Source: Candidatus Hydrogenedentota bacterium (GTDB taxonomy: Bacteria; Hydrogenedentota; Hydrogenedentia; Hydrogenedentales; SLHB01). Taken from it: 12,318 nt of DNA. Every line of letters starts with the position of its first letter. Within the stretch, counting starts at the first letter, position 1. Positions 9,301 to 12,318 of this stretch are shown here, piece after piece. Below the pieces are notes generated by a model. It did not search any database. It was not told where the DNA came from and saw only the letters and a list, made by a program, of their open reading frames with translations. The translations under genes and the position numbers were made by a program. The stretch is from the NCBI GenBank assembly GCA_034408725.1, contig JAWXCN010000100.1, positions 1-12,318 of the forward strand, read 5' to 3'.

Positions 9301-9595
9301 CATGCAAATGGAATGGTCCAACCTCCGCCCTACGCCCGATGCCACCCTCGCGGGCCGCCGCGTTGTTCAGGACGGTCCCGTCGAATCCGGCATCGCATTC
9401 ACTATTACTGCACCCACCCGCGCGCCGGACGCCAAAGACCTAATCACCGTTAGTGGCCGGAGCCGGTTCCCGCTGACCGCCGGGCCGTCTGTCTCGTTGA
9501 CTCTCAACGACATAACCGTAACCGCCCCAAATGGCGCGCCTCTCGACGTGGAAATTGCCCCCATCCCATTCCAATGGCCCTCACGCACTCCGTAA
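6332..9595 (+). CDS. Large secreted/surface multidomain protein (beta-rich N-terminus, BACON-like Ig domain, GATase-like domain, Asp-rich Ca-binding repeats, IPT/TIG domain, C-terminal beta-sandwich)
   Basis: Signal-peptide-like N-terminus (ILPLILAAAWCIPPMAVNA-Q). DxDxDG repeats at ~8660-8887. IPT motif PNTGPAEGGTRVIIDGRNL...FTY at ~8920-9160. ALLDYVADGGGLLL...FGRGRLAVL segment. Start placed at the first ATG after the aldolase stop. Confidence 0.8.
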   Translation: MFFHARINQQAILPLILAAAWCIPPMAVNAQTVLVETATLTASRESVRVYLQQLRLDDPTLELLPVQMPGDSPAGPIFLAPDSSTAITATRIHRYGNTADILAGISLATPRIPDRYAQSIGLLNQNLAGLVNGNAQESPRAVVVGTLDSGPLAGHGRIDAWPYQSNPSLSFHDSPATWLLPGAPFAALTHPTANWAAVLCMTPAGTTVLHVRDMLRGRILQERMPIAGPREQLEPAALALRADSGILLAVLNYTSTEGAGGEGRCHAVAIDARSFTRRGDVVELPGLFTQDCQIEQAANDAWWISTRTPGAGFAFVTRLVANGETFEQGNQYSFTSVTHNVRIASSGTNLAVSVDRRLAIWPNGVPGSISVSYATPISAIDWAGDLVIASEANRIHGVRASDGDEVAMCAVQSGHVVALRALPPNITLPVETDGDRIADSVDPEPGQVSPHLDLPSRITLRAEAAGREVRAIRIDAEHAGNAVWTVDVDPQHAPWLRVFPRHGTVPGWFLAGIDPSQLFENNGATATIAVSLSGTTPKMPAANSPRRITVDIRPRSADAKKILWLLGANVSPNEQDQETGNGPENAVEPGNPDFAALARVLAGPPFYFSHVYPNGRAPEVLVPYGAVVVDTGAIDRGIVNRQALLDYVADGGGLLLVAGMSTAAAPVSQRWLSPLGIVLDGEGLTADKTKVVAQHKLTQNWPATDMSDAARIQVGAGLTVLAQTGDVPVFAIRPFGRGRLAVLAAPNPLFLNPPSLNRAFTLDLFEWLSRAILESADLDDDGLPDSLEDRNGNGIVDPGETSQLIPDSDGDGLPDGAEDQNADGIADENETSPIHPDSDGDGNWDGADYDPLPPAGAPTAAAFLPNTGPAEGGTRVIIDGRNLTADTAIWFGAHPARIVRLTNTTSLLVESPPADEPEGGPVDVRIEGAGAQSTILTGAFTYTPRSSVMLSITAVAASRTQYEALVTLRLDAPPGVRIGRIAARLDSEPPMQMEWSNLRPTPDATLAGRRVVQDGPVESGIAFTITAPTRAPDAKDLITVSGRSRFPLTAGPSVSLTLNDITVTAPNGAPLDVEIAPIPFQWPSRTP

Positions 9596-9671
9596 ACTCA
9601 AAATACTGCGTGGAAGCACTTCCCGGTTAATTTTGTTTACAATAGATGCAGACGAATCGGGAGTGTTCCAA

Positions 9672-10466
9672 ATGCCGTCATGGTTTTCCAAAGTTTTCAA
9701 AGATAAGAATAACGCTGCAACCGGGACCCGCCCACCTTTGGGCGGCATAGACGTGAGCGAAGACCCGGAACCGGAAACCAAGCCTGTTCCGGAAAAACGG
9801 CGTCTGCTCGTAAACGCCCCCGTGTTGGAAGACGCCGTCGAAACGGCCGCGTGGAGCGCGGATGTCCGCATCAAGGCGCGCGTCGAAAAAGACAACAGCG
9901 CCTGCGTACTTATGGTCGACCGGCCGATCCTTGAGGGCCATTCCGCGTGGTTTCCGTCAAAGTTAAAAGCCGGAACGTCATCGCTTGCTCAAACTTTGTT
10001 TGAAATTGATGGCGTCGAAACGGCCCTGATTCACGGCTTCACCGTAACGCTAACGCGCAGGCCAACAATGCACGGCGATTGGAAGCAGCTCGCGCAGGAA
10101 GCCGGTAACGCTATTCGCGCGCACCTGATCGAAGGCTTGCCTGTCGTCACCCCAGAATTCCTGGATGGATTGCCGGCGGAGGACGCGATCCTGACAACGT
10201 TGAAGCGCGTGCTGGACACGGAGATCAACCCCAGTATCGCAGCCCATTCCGGCGAAATCGCGCTGGACCGCGTCGAAGGCAATACCGTCTACATACAGAT
10301 GATGGGCGGGTGCCAGGGATGCGCGGCGTCGGACGTGACCTTGCGCCAAGGTGTCCACGACGCATTCCGTAGCGCCGTTCCGCAAATCGGCGCTATCCTC
10401 GACAACACTGATCATAGCGCCGGTAAAAGTCCGTTCTATAAAGAACTGCCGGTGGGGATGAGTTGA
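9672..10466 (+). CDS. Nfu/NifU-family Fe-S cluster carrier (Nfu_N domain plus NifU C-terminal domain)
   Basis: LAQTLFEIDGV...VTLTR...W (Nfu N-terminal domain) and INPSIAAHSGEI...VYIQMMGGCQGC (NifU_C with CxxC). SD GGGAG before ATG 9672. Confidence 0.9.
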   Translation: MPSWFSKVFKDKNNAATGTRPPLGGIDVSEDPEPETKPVPEKRRLLVNAPVLEDAVETAAWSADVRIKARVEKDNSACVLMVDRPILEGHSAWFPSKLKAGTSSLAQTLFEIDGVETALIHGFTVTLTRRPTMHGDWKQLAQEAGNAIRAHLIEGLPVVTPEFLDGLPAEDAILTTLKRVLDTEINPSIAAHSGEIALDRVEGNTVYIQMMGGCQGCAASDVTLRQGVHDAFRSAVPQIGAILDNTDHSAGKSPFYKELPVGMS

Positions 10467-10467
10467 T

Positions 10468-10812
10468 ATGCCAAAGCTGAATACTTTCGACGTGGTCATT
10501 AAAACTGGCGCAAACGGCCCCGCCGCGCTGCCCAAATGGGCGATCAACGGTTTCGTTGTCGAGTTTGAGCAATCGAAAGGCGGCAACGGCCCCGGTGAAA
10601 CATTTGAAGGAACCGCGAATCCGGGAAGCTTTCCCCATTCGCTGCTCATTCGCGGCCCGGAGTCCGGACAATGGGATATCGAGGAAACCAAAGTGACCTA
10701 TTATCCCAATGGTGAATCACCCTATACCGTGCGGCTCGGAGCCGCCCGGCTTGATGAAGAGTCCGATCTGAACATTTGGCACGAGCGGCCACAGGCCGTC
10801 TTCGACGTATGA
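10468..10812 (+). CDS. Hypothetical beta-rich protein (114 aa), possibly PLAT/LH2-like
   Basis: Starts 1 nt after the nfu stop, with codon style like its neighbours. FDVVIKTG...SLLIRGPESGQWDIEETKVTY pattern. Confidence 0.8.
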   Translation: MPKLNTFDVVIKTGANGPAALPKWAINGFVVEFEQSKGGNGPGETFEGTANPGSFPHSLLIRGPESGQWDIEETKVTYYPNGESPYTVRLGAARLDEESDLNIWHERPQAVFDV

Positions 10813-10823
10813 GGTAAACTATC

Positions 10824-11171
10824 ATGAGCGTTGAACTCGCGAAAAAAGAATGTGTACCGTGCAAAGGTGGCGTCGAGAAACTCACCGTCGCGCAAATTAA
10901 ACCCTTGCTCAATGAACTTGGAAATGGCTGGGATGCCGTGGACAATCATCACCTCGAAAAAACATACAAGTTCAAGGATTTTGTCCAGGCCCTTGCATTC
11001 ACCAACACCGTCGGCGAAATTGCCGAGGAACAAAACCATCATCCGGATATCCTGACGACCTACGGTAAAACCAGCGTCACCATCTGGACACATACTATCG
11101 ACGGGCTGACCGAAAGCGATTTCGTGTTCGCCGCAAAAGTCGAGGAGGCCCATAAATCACATGCCATGTAG
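10824..11171 (+). CDS. phhB: Pterin-4-alpha-carbinolamine dehydratase (4a-hydroxytetrahydrobiopterin dehydratase)
   Basis: Motifs LEKTYKFKDF, AEEQNHHPDI, WTHTIDGLTESDFVFAAK; N-terminal CVPC; SD GAGGT before ATG. Confidence 0.93.
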   Translation: MSVELAKKECVPCKGGVEKLTVAQIKPLLNELGNGWDAVDNHHLEKTYKFKDFVQALAFTNTVGEIAEEQNHHPDILTTYGKTSVTIWTHTIDGLTESDFVFAAKVEEAHKSHAM

Positions 11172-11607
11172 CGATGTAACCGAAATCATTCATGTCGAAA
11201 TCGACAGCGAAGATAATCTGCAGGACTACTACTTCTCGAAACGCACCTGCGGACAAGGAGTAGGTTCTGGCAATCTGCTCATCGAGAACCTCAAAGGCTG
11301 GAGCACGGACCGAATCCTTGCTACGGACTCCGACGAATTCGTGTCCCTGTTTCCCGTCGAAGACCCGCTCGAAGAGTTTCTCGGCCTGAAACATTTCTTC
11401 GCGATTCAAGCCGTGCTCGAAGTGCTCACCGGAAAAGAACCCGGCGGCAAAAACGACCCCTGCGCCGCCGCCGAAATCTCCTACGGTGACGACAAACTCA
11501 TCATCGACGGACAAATCGCCGTAGACCTCGTCACCGAAAAGATCAAGTCCTGCGGAAGCTGTAAAGGCTGCGGCAAACCGAAAAAGCCGAAGATCGTTTT
11601 CAACTGA
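11161..11607 (+). CDS. Cys-rich hypothetical protein, putative divergent IscU/NifU_N-like fold with C-terminal CxxCxxC
   Basis: Overlaps the dehydratase gene end by 11 nt, with SD GAGGAGG upstream. Cys at residues 3, 30, 101, 131, 134, 137. Residues 3-89 align by eye with the IscU core. The ORF is secure; the family call is an inference. Confidence 0.8.
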   Translation: MPCSDVTEIIHVEIDSEDNLQDYYFSKRTCGQGVGSGNLLIENLKGWSTDRILATDSDEFVSLFPVEDPLEEFLGLKHFFAIQAVLEVLTGKEPGGKNDPCAAAEISYGDDKLIIDGQIAVDLVTEKIKSCGSCKGCGKPKKPKIVFN

Positions 11608-11619
11608 TGTAGCGCGAAG

Positions 11620-11689
11620 TTCCGGGTATCGGGTTCCGGGTATCGGGTTCCGGGTATCGGGGTTCGGGGTCCGGGTTCCGGGTTCCGGG
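11620..11689. repeat. Tandem heptamer array, 10 units of consensus (T/G)(T/A)(C/T)CGGG
   Basis: (TTCCGGG TATCGGG)x3, then GTTCGGG GTCCGGG TTCCGGG TTCCGGG. Confidence 0.95.
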
Positions 11690-11738
11690 GTCTCGTACAT
11701 CGTGCTCGTATAATCGTAACTGGCGCTATATCTCCCCT

Positions 11739-11786
11739 CGTTCCAAAATTTCCATTTTGGAACGCGCTCTTAAAAAGCTCTGCTTT
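11739..11786. repeat. REP-like palindrome plus small second hairpin
   Basis: Perfect 11-bp stem CGTTCCAAAAT (11739-11749) / ATTTTGGAACG (11754-11764), followed by AAAGC-TCT-GCTTT. Confidence 0.6.
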
Positions 11787-11824
11787 GCGAGCCAACGCGA
11801 CGGCTTAATCTATTACGGTGGATT

Positions 11825-11895
11825 GGAGACCTGCGGTCGTCCCGTGTGGCGCGGTCGGGAGACCGGCCACAACGGCACAGAGACCAGCCACAACG
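11825..11895. repeat. REP-like hairpins with partial direct duplication
   Basis: GACC-TGC-GGTC (11828-11838); TGTGGC-g-CGGTC-ggga-GACCG-GCCACA (11845-11871); direct repeat GAGACCRGCCACAACG at 11859-11874 and 11880-11895. Confidence 0.65.
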
Positions 11896-11935
11896 ACGAT
11901 AGCAACATCCCCGACGACGAAAACGCTACTTGAAT

Positions 11936-11963
11936 TCCTTCGTGTCCTTCGTGTCGTCGTGGT
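11936..11963. repeat. Short 9-mer tandem repeat (TCCTTCGTG x2 plus a degenerate third unit)
   Basis: TCCTTCGTG TCCTTCGTG TCGTCGTGGT, immediately downstream of the minus-strand gene stop. Confidence 0.55.
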
Positions 11964-11976
11964 GAAAAATTCTTAG

Positions 11977-12225
11977 TTATGGATCATCCCCCGCATCCTC
12001 AGAGTCATCGCCTTCCTCTACTAACTCACCAAACCGCTTCTCCGCATCGGCCATCCGCTTCACGCCCGCCTGCCGCTGACGCAGCTCCCTCGAAATGTTC
12101 CGTTTGCCCTCGCGATACGCCAACCGCACCCGCGCCAGCCGCGCGCCGTCCTCATCCGGTGACAACGCCCGCGAACGTTCATACAAACCAAACGCGCGCT
12201 CCGCGTTTTCCTCGCTCGCCTCGGC
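11977..12225 (-). CDS. C-terminal fragment of a helical (possibly TPR-like) protein; 5' part absent
   Basis: Frame reads ...AEASEENAERAFGLYERSRALSPDEDGARLARVRLAYREGKRNISRELRQ...EEGDDSEDAGDDP-stop. It stays open to the window end, but 12226-12318 is an inverted copy of its own sequence. Confidence 0.6.
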   Translation of the reverse strand, partial: AEASEENAERAFGLYERSRALSPDEDGARLARVRLAYREGKRNISRELRQRQAGVKRMADAEKRFGELVEEGDDSEDAGDDP

Positions 12226-12318
12226 GACGGCGCGCGGCTGGCGCGGGTGCGGTTGGCGTATCGCGAGGGCAAACGGAACATTTCGAGGGAGCTGCGTCAG
12301 CGGCAGGCGGGCGTGAAG
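12058..12318. repeat. Perfect 93-bp inverted repeat (12058-12150 / 12226-12318) with 75-bp spacer, reaching the window end
   Basis: The reverse complement of 12226-12318 is identical to 12058-12150; the ORF track shows the same peptide start on both strands. Confidence 0.95.

Noticed and set aside
9611-9643. Promoter for the nfu unit (TACAAT at 9638-9643)
   Set aside because: Good -10 in an AT-rich gap but no convincing -35 or correctly spaced extended -10; left uncalled.
11095-11795. Minus-strand ORFs with PEPGTR/PDTRNP-like repeats
   Set aside because: Translation of the non-coding heptamer array plus antisense of real genes.
11620-11963. CRISPR array
   Set aside because: Repeats are tandem or only two copies, with no regular unique spacers and no cas genes.
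12058-12318. MITE or IS terminal inverted repeats
   Set aside because: The left arm is in-frame coding sequence continuous with its flanks; no target-site duplication or transposase is visible.

Overview
A bacterial chromosomal segment, moderately GC-rich, with almost all genes on the + strand. In order: a REP-like hairpin doublet (21-113); an unannotated 17-codon leader ORF (MPAHSTSPRRWRHHIHA) with Trp and His codons; hisI-trpE-trpG; a hypothetical membrane-anchored protein plus an IHF/HU gene ending in an intrinsic terminator; tatC-tatB, an HpcH/HpaI aldolase and a ~1090-aa secreted multidomain protein; then a tight four-gene unit (Nfu-type Fe-S carrier, small beta-rich protein, pterin-4a-carbinolamine dehydratase, and a Cys-rich protein that looks like a divergent IscU-fold scaffold). 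A convergent intergenic region packed with several unrelated repeats follows, then the 3' end of a minus-strand gene that runs into a perfect 93-bp inverted repeat reaching the window end (possibly a fold-back artefact). The best candidates for new biology are (i) a putative dual His/Trp-sensing leader-peptide attenuator in front of a mixed his/trp operon and (ii) a putative non-canonical Nfu + IscU-like Fe-S/metal-cofactor module. All family calls are by motif recognition; no searches were run.
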